The notes under the pieces were generated by a model. That model was not told the DNA's origin, made no database searches, and saw only the letters and a program-made list of their open reading frames with translations. Of a DNA stretch of 64,000 bases, positions 11,301-20,502 are shown piece by piece (positions within the stretch are counted from its first letter, which is position 1; each line of letters begins with the position of its first letter). The stretch comes from Pontiella sp. (GTDB lineage Bacteria; Verrucomicrobiota; Kiritimatiellia; Kiritimatiellales; Pontiellaceae). Location: positions 192,001 through 256,000 of the forward strand of contig JBNKHE010000006.1 of NCBI GenBank assembly GCA_050290185.1, written 5' to 3'. The position numbers and the translations under genes were made by a program.

Positions 11301-11595
11301 AGACCCCGGCAGAACCGAGACTGCGCTCATCCTGCTCATCATGCCGGTAAACCTTAAAGTTATACCCGTTATAGCGATTCAGCCCGCCCCCCGTGGTGCC
11401 AAACCACATGAAGCCTTGATAATCCCGGATAATGCACCGCACGTCGGCGTGAGACAGTCCTTCCTCAAGCCCCAAACGGGTGAACCACAGATCAGGCTTC
11501 GACGGCACGGCCGCAAACACGACTTGCCCGAGGAAAAACAGGGTAACGGTGGCCAAGATGGGGCCGGATATCGTCATCATCGGCTCTCTCCTCAT
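8335..11595 (-). CDS. sensor histidine kinase: Reg_prop beta-propellers, Y_Y_Y, TM, HisKA, HATPase
   Basis: Repeated LWIGT/GLNR propeller motifs, YKLEGFDKDW, PPWWQTWWF, H-box YSVSHDLRAPL, GTGIGLA. Confidence 0.93.
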   Translation of the reverse strand: MRREPMMTISGPILATVTLFFLGQVVFAAVPSKPDLWFTRLGLEEGLSHADVRCIIRDYQGFMWFGTTGGGLNRYNGYNFKVYRHDEQDERSLGSAGVWALYEDRQHTLWVAQARGLDRYDRDTDSFVHYRHREGDTNSLPDDGVKALYEDEAGVFWVGTIQGLSRFNRSNGTFFTYRHEPDNPSSLGDSDVRAMCLDRTTGLLWVGTRHAGVSVLDRVTGRFTRYSNVIGDTNSLSDNAVNDIFQDCEGTLWISTRAGLNRWNPEAGNFIRYRFAPNDPEGLGNDYVSMVHEDRAGRFWVATDGGLDLMDRKRGTFTHYRHESGNPASLSDNEINSGALYEDNVGALWIGTLNGGVNRWSGEPERFMTYQNNPFDPGSLSQSTVSALYCDRGGDLWVGTAGGLNRFEQGRFVRYLNDPEDPGTISPGLIDTITEGTDGKLWLGTYSAGLCSFDGTNFTRYQHDPGDPHSLGGNHVNDIKANPGGGLWIAVHGAGLDFFDGRTFTHFRPHGADTDSLPDLYPISLFVENAQSLWLANAPAGLYQFEPARQKYTAYAYESSSPRSQLPGPLISCFDGTNLWAGSYSGLYCFDLARRKYLRHFTEKDGLANNHVMAVQVDLQGNVWVSTLAGLSKLDVRKGTFRNYDVGDGLQGSQFCERSSVRLPDGRLAFGGVSGLNVFDPARMPDNTNPPPVMLTGFELFNMPVTPGTNSPLKKAISVADQITLQYDQNVIRLRFAALNYASPQKSRYAYKLEGFDKDWRYVDANDRSATYTRLSPGEYTFRVRASNNDGLWNEQGASIRIVVIPPWWQTWWFRGGAAGSLLALAYAGYGLRIRSMHKRSLRLEKQVAERTSQLETANKELEAFAYSVSHDLRAPLRHIDGYVGLLVSRCRDGLSEQGLQYVDTIAGAARRMGLLIDDLLQFSRTGRAEMQRGKVDMNQALQEVMVELRESCTGRDIDWIVGDLPSVTGDYALLRQVWTNLLENAIKYTCPRKAARIEVGSREENGETVFFVADNGVGFDMRYVDKLFGVFQRLHSPDKFEGTGIGLATVHRIITRHGGHVWAEAELDKGATFYFSLPLLHKKGA

Positions 11596-14500
11596 ACCGG
11601 GGTCTCCTTTCCCGATGCGCTCTGAAGCGTGAAATAAAACGTGGCCCCTTGATCAACTTTCGCTTCCGCCCAGATCCGTCCATCATGACGGGCGATGATG
11701 CGCTGCACCGTGGCCAGCCCGATGCCGGTTCCTTCGAATTCTTCATGGGAGTGCAGACGCTGAAAGACGCCAAAAAGTTTGTCGGCATAGCGCATGTCAA
11801 AACCCACGCCATTGTCCGCAACACGGAAAACAATGTCATCGCCGTCGTTCTTTGCACCAACCTCTATCCGTGCTTCCTGCCTCGGACTGGTGTATTTAAT
11901 GGCATTTCCCAGGAGGTTGGCCCAGACTTGGCGGAGGAGGGTAAAATCTCCATGGACGGAGGGCAGATCCCCGATAACCCATTCGATGGGACGGTCTGCG
12001 CAACTTTCCTTCAATTCGGACAGCACCTCCTGTAGCGCCTGGTTCATATCGACCGTTCCCCGTCGCATCTCGGACCGGCCGGTTCGGGAGAACTGGAGCA
12101 GATCGTCGATCAGAACTCCCATCTTCTGGGCGGAACCGGCGATTGTATCCATATACCGCAGGCCTTGCTCGCTCAGGCTGTCGCGACAGCGCGAGACCAG
12201 TAGCTCCACATAGCCATCGATATGGCGTAACGGCGCCCGCAGGTCGTGCGAGACGGAATAGGCGAAAGCTTCTAGTTCCTTGTTGGCCGCTTCAAGCTGT
12301 GAAGTCCGCTCGGCGACTTGCTTTTCAAGCCTCAGGCTGCGCTTGTGCATCCTTCTGACCCGCAGGCTAAAGCCGGCATAGACCAAGACCAGCAGCGAGC
12401 CAGCAGCGCCTCCTCTAAACCACCAAGTTTGCCACCACGGAGGGATGATGGCGATCCGGATGGATGCACCTTGTTCATTCCACACGCCGTCTTCGCTCGA
12501 TCCCTGGACCCGAAACACATAGTCACCCGCAGCCAGCCTGGTATAGACCGCCAACCGCTCTTTGCTATCCACTTTGCGCCAGTCAGCGTCAAAGCCCTCC
12601 AGTTTGTAGCGATACTGGTTCTCGGCAGGCGCCACATAACTCAAAGCCGCAAACTCAAAGGACAGGCTGTTCTGGTTGTGCGGCAACGTCAGCCGGTCAG
12701 TAACGTTGATGGCCTTGCGCAGCACCGAATCTCCCCCGACGGGCACCGATTTGCCAAATAACCGAAAATCGGTGAGCACGACTGGCGGTTTAAAGGGATT
12801 GTCCACCACCCCGCGGGGATCAAAGACGTTAAAGCCGTTCATGCCGCCGAAATACATCTCACCCGTGCGTGGACTTTTGCAGAACGCTGTAAAGACATGG
12901 AACTCGTTGCTTTGCAGACCATCCGACATGTCATAGTTGCGGAAGGTTCTGGTCTTCGGGTTGAAACGGGAGAGTCCATTGTTGGTGCTGATCCACAGAT
13001 TCCCCTCCTCATCTTCCAGAATGCCCTCGATCGTGTTGTTGGGCAGCCCTTCCTTTTCCGTGAACACCATGCAAGTTCCGTTCGCCCGATCAAACAAACA
13101 CAAGCCCCCGGCGGTACCGACCCAGAACCGGCCGGCACGGTCTTCGTAGAGAACCCGCACGTCGTTGTTGGCCAGACTAGCCAGATTCTGCGGGTCACTC
13201 TGAAACCGCTGGAACGTTTCCGTCGCCGGATCAAACCGGTTCAAGCCGCCGCCTTCGGTAGCTACCCACAAGGTCTTCGCCCGGTCTTCGTAGATATCGC
13301 TAACCGAGCCCGCACTGAGGCTGTTTGGATTGCCAGGAACATGCGGATAGCGCTGGAAGGTTTCGGTCGTCCGATCAAAGCGGTTCAGCCCGTTATTCCA
13401 GCCGCCCACCCACAGGACTCCGTTGGAGTCGCGGTAGAGCGATCGAATAATGTTATCGCTCAGGCTGTGGGGGTCGCTGGCATCGAACAGATAGGCTTTG
13501 AAACGACCGGTATTGGGCTCAAACCGGTTCAGCCCGCCCCTGAAGGTGCCGAACCAGAGCGTGCCGTCCGGGTCTTCCTGGGTGGCCGTCACCGAACCGG
13601 TCGTGATACTGGCCTCGTTGGCAGGGTCATTGCGATAGAACTGCCAGGTGTTTGATCGGCGATCCCAACGGTTGAGGGTGCGCGAGGTGCCAATCCACAC
13701 GATGCCAGCGTGGTCTTCAAAAATGGAAAGGATAAAATTGTCGGCCACGCTGTTGGCGTTGTCGGCCTCGTGCTTGTAGTGAGCGAACTTGGGCGGGCGG
13801 GAGGAAAACATATTCGCCCCGCCGCCCAGGGTGCCAACCCACAGCGTCCCGGAGGGGTCTTCGTGGAAGAAGCTAATAAAATTGTTCCGCAAACTGTGCG
13901 GATTGCCGGGGTCGTTTTTATACTGCACGATCTGTTGCTGCTGCCGGTCAAACTTCAGTATCCCCGCGCCACCGGTGCCCAACCACAGGTTGCCCGCCGC
14001 ATCTTCGTGGATTTGCGAAATCGTTTTGAATCTGGCCACCTCCGGGTGGTCGGGAGCAATGACATAACGGGTGAAACGTCCGGTATGGCAGTCCAACGTC
14101 CCAAAACCATTTTGGGTCGCCACCCAGAATGTCCCGGTACGGTCTTCGCACACCCCATGCACGATCGCATCCGGCAATGCGTGCGGATCAACCGGATTCG
14201 GCAGATACCGGGTAATCTGCCCGGAGACCGGATCGAGCTGGTTCAGCCCCGCATCCGAGGTGCCGATCCATATCATCCCGCCCGAATCCTGGTAGATGCT
14301 CGCGATCCGATCACTGCTCAGGCTGTTGGCATTCAGGGGGTCGTTGCGATAGTGGGTAAACGCCCCCGTCGCCGGATCAAGGCGGTTCAGGCCGCTATCC
14401 CTGGTGCCAATCCATAACGCACCCTGCCGATCCTCGTAGAGGCAGTGGTCGGAAATGCCAAATCCACTCAAACTGTTGGTGTCAGTTGGGTCATGACGGT

Positions 14501-14897
14501 AGTGGGTGAAGGTTTCGGTGACCGTATCAAACCGATCCAGCCCGCCGCTGGTGGTGGCCAGCCACAAGACATTGCTCCGCCCCCGTTCAATTGCCAGCAC
14601 AGAGCTGCTACTCAGACTGTTGGAGTTGCCGCGTTCGAAACGAAAGGTACGGAACGAATAGCCATCGTAACGACTCAAACCATCGCCGGTGGCGAACCAC
14701 AAAAAGCCCTGGGCATTCTGGTCGATATCATACACATTCCCGGACGACAGCCCCTCTTCGCTGGTGAGGACGGTGAACCGGATGTCCTTGCCCGCGACCA
14801 CCGGCAAAACCACCGAGTCGGAAGCATCCTGAGACTGGCCGGGCATGGCCGCCAGTAAAAACATGGCTGGAACAAAGACTGTTTTCAAAAAAACATG
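11592..14897 (-). CDS. sensor histidine kinase: Reg_prop beta-propellers, Y_Y_Y, TM, HisKA, HATPase (paralog 2)
   Basis: Same architecture; ATGA overlap with the downstream paralog. The ORF track gives the start as 14906; the exact start is uncertain. Confidence 0.9.
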   Translation of the reverse strand, partial: HVFLKTVFVPAMFLLAAMPGQSQDASDSVVLPVVAGKDIRFTVLTSEEGLSSGNVYDIDQNAQGFLWFATGDGLSRYDGYSFRTFRFERGNSNSLSSSSVLAIERGRSNVLWLATTSGGLDRFDTVTETFTHYRHDPTDTNSLSGFGISDHCLYEDRQGALWIGTRDSGLNRLDPATGAFTHYRNDPLNANSLSSDRIASIYQDSGGMIWIGTSDAGLNQLDPVSGQITRYLPNPVDPHALPDAIVHGVCEDRTGTFWVATQNGFGTLDCHTGRFTRYVIAPDHPEVARFKTISQIHEDAAGNLWLGTGGAGILKFDRQQQQIVQYKNDPGNPHSLRNNFISFFHEDPSGTLWVGTLGGGANMFSSRPPKFAHYKHEADNANSVADNFILSIFEDHAGIVWIGTSRTLNRWDRRSNTWQFYRNDPANEASITTGSVTATQEDPDGTLWFGTFRGGLNRFEPNTGRFKAYLFDASDPHSLSDNIIRSLYRDSNGVLWVGGWNNGLNRFDRTTETFQRYPHVPGNPNSLSAGSVSDIYEDRAKTLWVATEGGGLNRFDPATETFQRFQSDPQNLASLANNDVRVLYEDRAGRFWVGTAGGLCLFDRANGTCMVFTEKEGLPNNTIEGILEDEEGNLWISTNNGLSRFNPKTRTFRNYDMSDGLQSNEFHVFTAFCKSPRTGEMYFGGMNGFNVFDPRGVVDNPFKPPVVLTDFRLFGKSVPVGGDSVLRKAINVTDRLTLPHNQNSLSFEFAALSYVAPAENQYRYKLEGFDADWRKVDSKERLAVYTRLAAGDYVFRVQGSSEDGVWNEQGASIRIAIIPPWWQTWWFRGGAAGSLLVLVYAGFSLRVRRMHKRSLRLEKQVAERTSQLEAANKELEAFAYSVSHDLRAPLRHIDGYVELLVSRCRDSLSEQGLRYMDTIAGSAQKMGVLIDDLLQFSRTGRSEMRRGTVDMNQALQEVLSELKESCADRPIEWVIGDLPSVHGDFTLLRQVWANLLGNAIKYTSPRQEARIEVGAKNDGDDIVFRVADNGVGFDMRYADKLFGVFQRLHSHEEFEGTGIGLATVQRIIARHDGRIWAEAKVDQGATFYFTLQSASGKETPV

Positions 14898-15054
14898 AAT
14901 CTTCATTTCATCCCTCTGGTGTTTTGCGGAGACCTCTATTTGGGCAGCGTGCAGTCGGACGTGGCTCCCTTAACTGCTCGGCCCGCGATCCACCCCCGGC
15001 CACCCGGTGAATGCTTCCGCTCAATGAAGGTTGAATATCCATGGGGTATTCCTC

Positions 15055-18000
15055 TCATGGGTTGGGTTGGGAAAGCGAAAAGTAAAAGGTTGCGCCGCGA
15101 TCGATCCCGGCTTCCGCCCACACGCGGCCGCCATGGCGTGCAATGATGCGGTGCACGGTGGCCAGCCCGATTCCGGTCCCTTCGAATTCTTCCTGGGAGT
15201 GCAGACGCTGAAAGACGCCAAAAAGTTTGTCGGCATAGCGCATGTCAAAGCCAACGCCATTGTCCACAACACGGAAAACAATTTCACCTCCGCCTTCCTT
15301 GGCATCAATCTGTATCCGTGCCGCCTTCCTTGGGCGGGTATATTTAATGGCATTTCCCAAAATATTGGCCCAAACCTGACGAAGGAGGGAGTGATCCCCC
15401 ATGACGGGAGGAAGGTCTTCAACGATCCATTCGATGGAACGCCCAGCATAACTCTCCTTCAATTCGGACAGCACCTCCTGTAGCGTCTGGTTCATATCGA
15501 CCTTTTCCCGCCGCATCTCGGACCGGCCGGTTCGGGAGAACTGTAGAAGATCGTCGATCAAAAGTCCCATTCTGCGGGCGGCACTGGCAACCGTATCCAG
15601 ATAGTACAGGCCTTGCTCGCTCAGATCACCTCGGCAACGGGAAATCAGCAGCTCCACATAACCGTCAATATGCCGCAACGGCGCCCTCAAGTCGTGCGAG
15701 ACGGAATAGGCAAAAGCTTCGAGTTCCTTGTTCGCAATCTCGAGCCGTACAGTACGGTCCAGTACCCGTTGCTCGAGTTCTTCATTGAGCTGGCGGACGT
15801 TCTCTTCCGCCTGCTTGCGCTCGGTAATGTCGATGGCCATGCCCAGAAAACCATCAATGTTTCCTTGCGAATCGCGCAAGGCCGTTACCGAGAGTAAAAC
15901 CGGAAAACAGTGGCCATCTTTGCGAACGTAGGTCCATTCGTATTCGTTGGGCAGATTCCGCCTAGCCTTGGCAACAAAGACCTCGAAGCCCGGCTCGACC
16001 GTGACGCCCAGTTCGTCCGAAAAAATCCGGGCGCGCTCGACCACTTCATCAGGGTCGTGAAAAACACTCGGGGTTTGTTTGCCGACAAGTTCTTCGGCGG
16101 TGTAGCCGAGGGAGCGCTCGGCCGCCGGGTTGAAGGTTGTGATGATTCCCTCGACGTCGACCGAGATCACCATATAGGCGGCATTCGAGAGAATGGCCTG
16201 CTGCAGATCGGCCAGACGATGGATTTCGGCATCGGCCCGGACGCGCCCGGTGATGTCTCGGGCAATGGCGGAGGCACCGACGATTTGTCCCCGGGCATCC
16301 TTGATGGGCGAAATGGTTAAGGAAACGTGGATAATCGTCCCATCTTTGCGTACACGGGTGGTTTGGTGGTGTTCCACTCTTTCGCCGCGATTCAGTCGCG
16401 CTATAATCTCTGCCAGCTCATCCGTCATGTCGGGCGGGACAAGCATCGAAATGGAATGACCCACGATTTCGGCGGCGGTATAGCCATAGATCTGCTCCGC
16501 ACCCCGGTTCCAGCTGAGAATCGTGCCATTCAGCGCCTTGCCGATGATTGCGTCGTCGGAGAACTCCACGATGGACGCGAGATGGGCGACCCTTTCCTGA
16601 GCCAGCTTGCGTTCGGTGATATCGTGCACCGTGCCAACGGAACGCACCGGCGCGCCGCTCTCATCGTAATAGGTTTCGCATTTCTCGGTGACGTACTTGA
16701 TCCGCCCGTCCGGCATCAGCAAACGATGTTCGATTTCGTAGGGCATTTTGTTCTTTAAGGATTCGGTGTAGGCCTGATTCACCATGTCACGGTCATCGGG
16801 ATGAACCGCATCGAGAAACGCGTCATAGGAAGCTCCGAATTCCTCCTTGTCCATTTCGAAGATACGATAGATCTCGTCGGACCACGTCAGCTCGTTGGTC
16901 TCCAGGTCAAGTTGCCAATTACCCAGATGCGCGATGCGCTGCGCATCATTAAGGCGCGCCACCGCATTTCTCAGCCGTTCCGCAACCTCCTTGAGTTCCG
17001 TGATGTCCACCGCGGTGCATAGATCCTCGAAACCGCCGTCCTCCAGTGCCCGACGCAATCGGGAAAAAGCAACCCAGACAATTTTACCGTCCGGTTGGAT
17101 GTAGCGCTTTTCCTCCATGAAATGGTTAATCTTTCCCCCATCCGTCTCGTACATGAACGCATCCCGCTCATCTAAATTATCGGGATGGTTGATGTGCTTC
17201 CAGGTCTCCGGATTGTCCTGCTCGCGCGTGATCCCGGCGATGCTCAGATGGGCATCGTTGATCATACGGACTTCGTTCCCGTCGGCGTACGTCCGGTTCA
17301 GGCTGACTCCAATGGGAAGCGAATCGAAGATAAACTTGAGCCGCTCTTGCTCCTGGGCGGTCGCTTCCTGCGCCCGCTTTCGTGCGGTGATGTCCATCAG
17401 GTTTCCATAGAGCCGCACGACCTTGCCCTCTTCAATGACGGGCTGGGCAGTCGTACGGATCCACAACGGCTTTCCGGTGTACGTGGTGAATGGCAATTCA
17501 AAATCGTAGGATTCGCCCTGTTCGCAAGCGCGTTGAAATGCCTCGTTGAGCATCGGTCGGTCTTCCGGCCGGAAACAGGCCAGACTCTCCTTTACATGAT
17601 CGATGCCCGGATCGTTGGGTATTTCATGGATTCGATAGAGTTCTTCCGTCCAGAATGACGTCCCCGATTTGACATCGTATTCCCATCCACCCACCTTGCT
17701 GAGTCGTTGCGCAGCATTCAGCAAGGTTTCGTTTTTTTGCAGCGCCTTCTCCGCACGCTTGCGTTCGGCGATCTGCTTTTCAAGCTGCAGGTTGCGCTTG
17801 TGCATGCTTCTGATCCGCAGGCCAAAACCGGCATAGACCAGGGCCAGCAACGACCCAGCCGCGACGCTCCGGAACCACCAGGTTTGCCACCATGGAGGAA
17901 TAACAACGATCCGGATGGATGCACCTTGTTCATTCCACAAACCATCGTTGTTGGAAGCCTTCACCCGAAATGTGTATTCGCCGGGGCTTAAGCGGGTGTA

Positions 18001-20367
18001 CGTGGCGGAGCGGTCGTTTGCTCCCACATAGCGCCAGTCCTTGTCGAATCCCTCGAGCTTGTAGGCGTAGCGGTTCTTGGTCGGGGCCGTGTAGTCCAAC
18101 GCCGCGAACCTTAAGCGGAATACATCCTGCTCATACCGAAGCACGATCCGATCAGCGACATCGATTGCTTTTTGGAGCGGGGACTTTTCACCGATGGAAA
18201 CGGGTTTGTTGAACAGTTGAAACTCGGTCAACGCCACCGGCGGCGGATTCGGGTTGATCCTCATTTTATCGGGATAAAAGGAGGCCAGCCCTTCGGTGCA
18301 CCCAAAGAACATCTGGCCATCGGGCGCCTTGGCGGCGGCTCCGATGAAGAATTTATTTCCCGGCAACCCGTCGGACTTGTCGTAGTTGCGGAACAGGCCC
18401 TGCTCGGGGTCAAAACAGGAGAGTCCCGCGGGCGTGCCCAACCATAACCAGCCATGATTGTCCCGCTGAATGGACTGCACGTTGTCCGAGGGTAACCCAT
18501 CCTTTTTCGTGTAGCGGCGCGTAAACCTGCCCGAAACCGGATCAAACCGGAATAGCCCGAACAGTGTGCCCACCCACATTTCCCCTGGACGGTCCCGGTC
18601 AATATAGACGGACAGCAATGAGCGGTTGACTTCGTCCTCGGGATGCTCTGGATCAATGAGGTAGGTCTTGAAACCCGGATCCTCGGGTCTAAACCGGGTT
18701 AGGCCGCCTTCCCCCGCAAGCCAGATAAATCCGTCGCGGTCCTTGGCGAAACCGTACGACTTGCTGGCAGGCACGGCTTGTGGATCCGCGGGGTCCGCCG
18801 TGTAATGGGTGAAGGTTTTGCCGTCGAAGCGGCCGATTCCATCCGCCCAATAAATAATCCACAAACCGCCCAGGTCATCCGTCTCCAAGGCCCAGATTTG
18901 GTCCGTTGCCGGACTGTTGGGATTGTTCGGATCGTGCGGATAGTGGGTAACGTTGTCTCCATGAATGCGAAATAGTCCCTGAGGAAAGGCCCCGGCCCAA
19001 ATTTGCCCTTGTTTATCCTCGGTAACTGCATGGGCATCAATCAGGATTGAGTGCTTGACCGGGGGACGGCAGTCATCGAGGTAATCGAGACCCGCCAGCG
19101 TGCCAATCCAGGCGCGGTTGTTCCGGTCAATATGAATGGCCTGCACCATGCTATGGCGCAGGCTGTTGGTGTTCTCGGGATTGTGGCAGTAGACCTTGAA
19201 CTTCTCCGGAACACTCGGAAGCCGCACCACACCATGCAAGTGGGAGGTGGCCCAGACGGCTCCCGTGTTGTCCTCACAGACCTGGTTGAGCGAGGCCGCA
19301 CAATAGCTTGTCGGATCGCCTTGGGCAGCAAGAAGCCGCGAGAAAACCCCGCGGCTGCGATCCATAAGATTCAACCCCCGCGGCGTGCAAACCCAGAAAC
19401 GCCCGGCCCGGTCCTCGAAAAGCGCCCAGACATAGTTATCACTAACACTGCCGGGGTCTTCTGGATCATGCCGATAGTGAACAAAGGTCTTCGTCTCCGG
19501 CACGAAACGGTTCAAGCCGCCCCCCATGCCGACCCACAGCACGCCCGCCTTGTCTCGGAGAAAGCACGTCACGTCTGAGCCACCAATACTCCCGGGGATG
19601 TTCGGATCATACCGATAGGCGGTGAATTCGCCGCTTTCCGGATCGAGCACACCGGCGCCCTGATCCACCGTTCCCACCCAGAGCAGCCCGCTTTGCGGGT
19701 CGGCAAAGACCGAACGGATGAAATCGCTGCTCAGGCTGCGGGGGTTCTCCGGGTCGTGCCGGTACCTCGTGAATTTACCCGTCTTGCGATCCAGTCGACA
19801 CACCCCCTTGTCGGTGCCCACCCAGATCGCGCCGGAGGCATCCTCGCATAGCGCGCTGACTAATATATCAGCAAGAGAGGTCTCGTCCCCCGGAACGGGG
19901 CGATAGCAGGTAAAGTCGTCCGTATCGCGATTGTAACGGTTCAGGCCGGCGCCCGTGCCTATCCACAATGTTCCCTGACTATCGAGCAACAAGGTGGTGA
20001 CCCTGTTCAGGCTCAGGCTCCGTTCATTGTCCTCATCGTGCTGATAGACCTTGAACTCGTACCCATCATAGCGGTTCAAGCCGCCCCGTTCCGTACCGAA
20101 CCACATGAATCCCTGCTGGTCCTGCACGACGGAGCTCATGGCCGAGTCGGAGAGACCGTCCTCCACGGTCAGATGGGTGAAACGGAAGTGCGGTGATGCG
20201 GGAGCGGTTTGGGTGACTTCGATGGCGGTTGACGTTTCAAACACCCAGGCTGGTGCGGAATTGCTCCCCTCGCCCCCCGCGGACATGACGGTTCCCTGCC
20301 CGAGGACAAACAGGATAACGGCAGCCAAGGTGCCGCCGGATATCGTCATCTTCGACTGCTTCCTCAT
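15055..20367 (-). CDS. sensor histidine kinase: beta-propellers, Y_Y_Y, TM, about five PAS/PAC domains, HisKA, HATPase (paralog 3)
   Basis: As above, plus repeated PAC ends (MDITARK, VDITELK, HDITERK, RDITGR, IDITERK). Confidence 0.93.
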   Translation of the reverse strand: MRKQSKMTISGGTLAAVILFVLGQGTVMSAGGEGSNSAPAWVFETSTAIEVTQTAPASPHFRFTHLTVEDGLSDSAMSSVVQDQQGFMWFGTERGGLNRYDGYEFKVYQHDEDNERSLSLNRVTTLLLDSQGTLWIGTGAGLNRYNRDTDDFTCYRPVPGDETSLADILVSALCEDASGAIWVGTDKGVCRLDRKTGKFTRYRHDPENPRSLSSDFIRSVFADPQSGLLWVGTVDQGAGVLDPESGEFTAYRYDPNIPGSIGGSDVTCFLRDKAGVLWVGMGGGLNRFVPETKTFVHYRHDPEDPGSVSDNYVWALFEDRAGRFWVCTPRGLNLMDRSRGVFSRLLAAQGDPTSYCAASLNQVCEDNTGAVWATSHLHGVVRLPSVPEKFKVYCHNPENTNSLRHSMVQAIHIDRNNRAWIGTLAGLDYLDDCRPPVKHSILIDAHAVTEDKQGQIWAGAFPQGLFRIHGDNVTHYPHDPNNPNSPATDQIWALETDDLGGLWIIYWADGIGRFDGKTFTHYTADPADPQAVPASKSYGFAKDRDGFIWLAGEGGLTRFRPEDPGFKTYLIDPEHPEDEVNRSLLSVYIDRDRPGEMWVGTLFGLFRFDPVSGRFTRRYTKKDGLPSDNVQSIQRDNHGWLWLGTPAGLSCFDPEQGLFRNYDKSDGLPGNKFFIGAAAKAPDGQMFFGCTEGLASFYPDKMRINPNPPPVALTEFQLFNKPVSIGEKSPLQKAIDVADRIVLRYEQDVFRLRFAALDYTAPTKNRYAYKLEGFDKDWRYVGANDRSATYTRLSPGEYTFRVKASNNDGLWNEQGASIRIVVIPPWWQTWWFRSVAAGSLLALVYAGFGLRIRSMHKRNLQLEKQIAERKRAEKALQKNETLLNAAQRLSKVGGWEYDVKSGTSFWTEELYRIHEIPNDPGIDHVKESLACFRPEDRPMLNEAFQRACEQGESYDFELPFTTYTGKPLWIRTTAQPVIEEGKVVRLYGNLMDITARKRAQEATAQEQERLKFIFDSLPIGVSLNRTYADGNEVRMINDAHLSIAGITREQDNPETWKHINHPDNLDERDAFMYETDGGKINHFMEEKRYIQPDGKIVWVAFSRLRRALEDGGFEDLCTAVDITELKEVAERLRNAVARLNDAQRIAHLGNWQLDLETNELTWSDEIYRIFEMDKEEFGASYDAFLDAVHPDDRDMVNQAYTESLKNKMPYEIEHRLLMPDGRIKYVTEKCETYYDESGAPVRSVGTVHDITERKLAQERVAHLASIVEFSDDAIIGKALNGTILSWNRGAEQIYGYTAAEIVGHSISMLVPPDMTDELAEIIARLNRGERVEHHQTTRVRKDGTIIHVSLTISPIKDARGQIVGASAIARDITGRVRADAEIHRLADLQQAILSNAAYMVISVDVEGIITTFNPAAERSLGYTAEELVGKQTPSVFHDPDEVVERARIFSDELGVTVEPGFEVFVAKARRNLPNEYEWTYVRKDGHCFPVLLSVTALRDSQGNIDGFLGMAIDITERKQAEENVRQLNEELEQRVLDRTVRLEIANKELEAFAYSVSHDLRAPLRHIDGYVELLISRCRGDLSEQGLYYLDTVASAARRMGLLIDDLLQFSRTGRSEMRREKVDMNQTLQEVLSELKESYAGRSIEWIVEDLPPVMGDHSLLRQVWANILGNAIKYTRPRKAARIQIDAKEGGGEIVFRVVDNGVGFDMRYADKLFGVFQRLHSQEEFEGTGIGLATVHRIIARHGGRVWAEAGIDRGATFYFSLSQPNP

Positions 20368-20420
20368 GGGGTTGACTCCTTGTCCGATGCTCGCGGCAGC
20401 AAGAAATAAAACGTGGCGCC
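20364..20420 (-). pseudogene. orphan 3' end of a fourth histidine kinase
   Basis: Translates GATFYFLLPRASDKESTP*, versus GATFYFTLQSASGKETPV* of paralog 2. Retains the ATGA overlap with the next gene. Confidence 0.75.
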
Positions 20421-20502
20421 AGGATGAGGGGATTTTCCCGCCCCTCTCTGTTTATGCTTCATCATTAATACCTATTTAGTCACGAATTCGACCGTCCTCG
20501 AA

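Noticed and set aside
14936..15058. Short ORF overlapping the paralog 3 stop by ATGA
   Set aside because: No similarity to kinase N-termini beyond the first codons; probably a junction scar.
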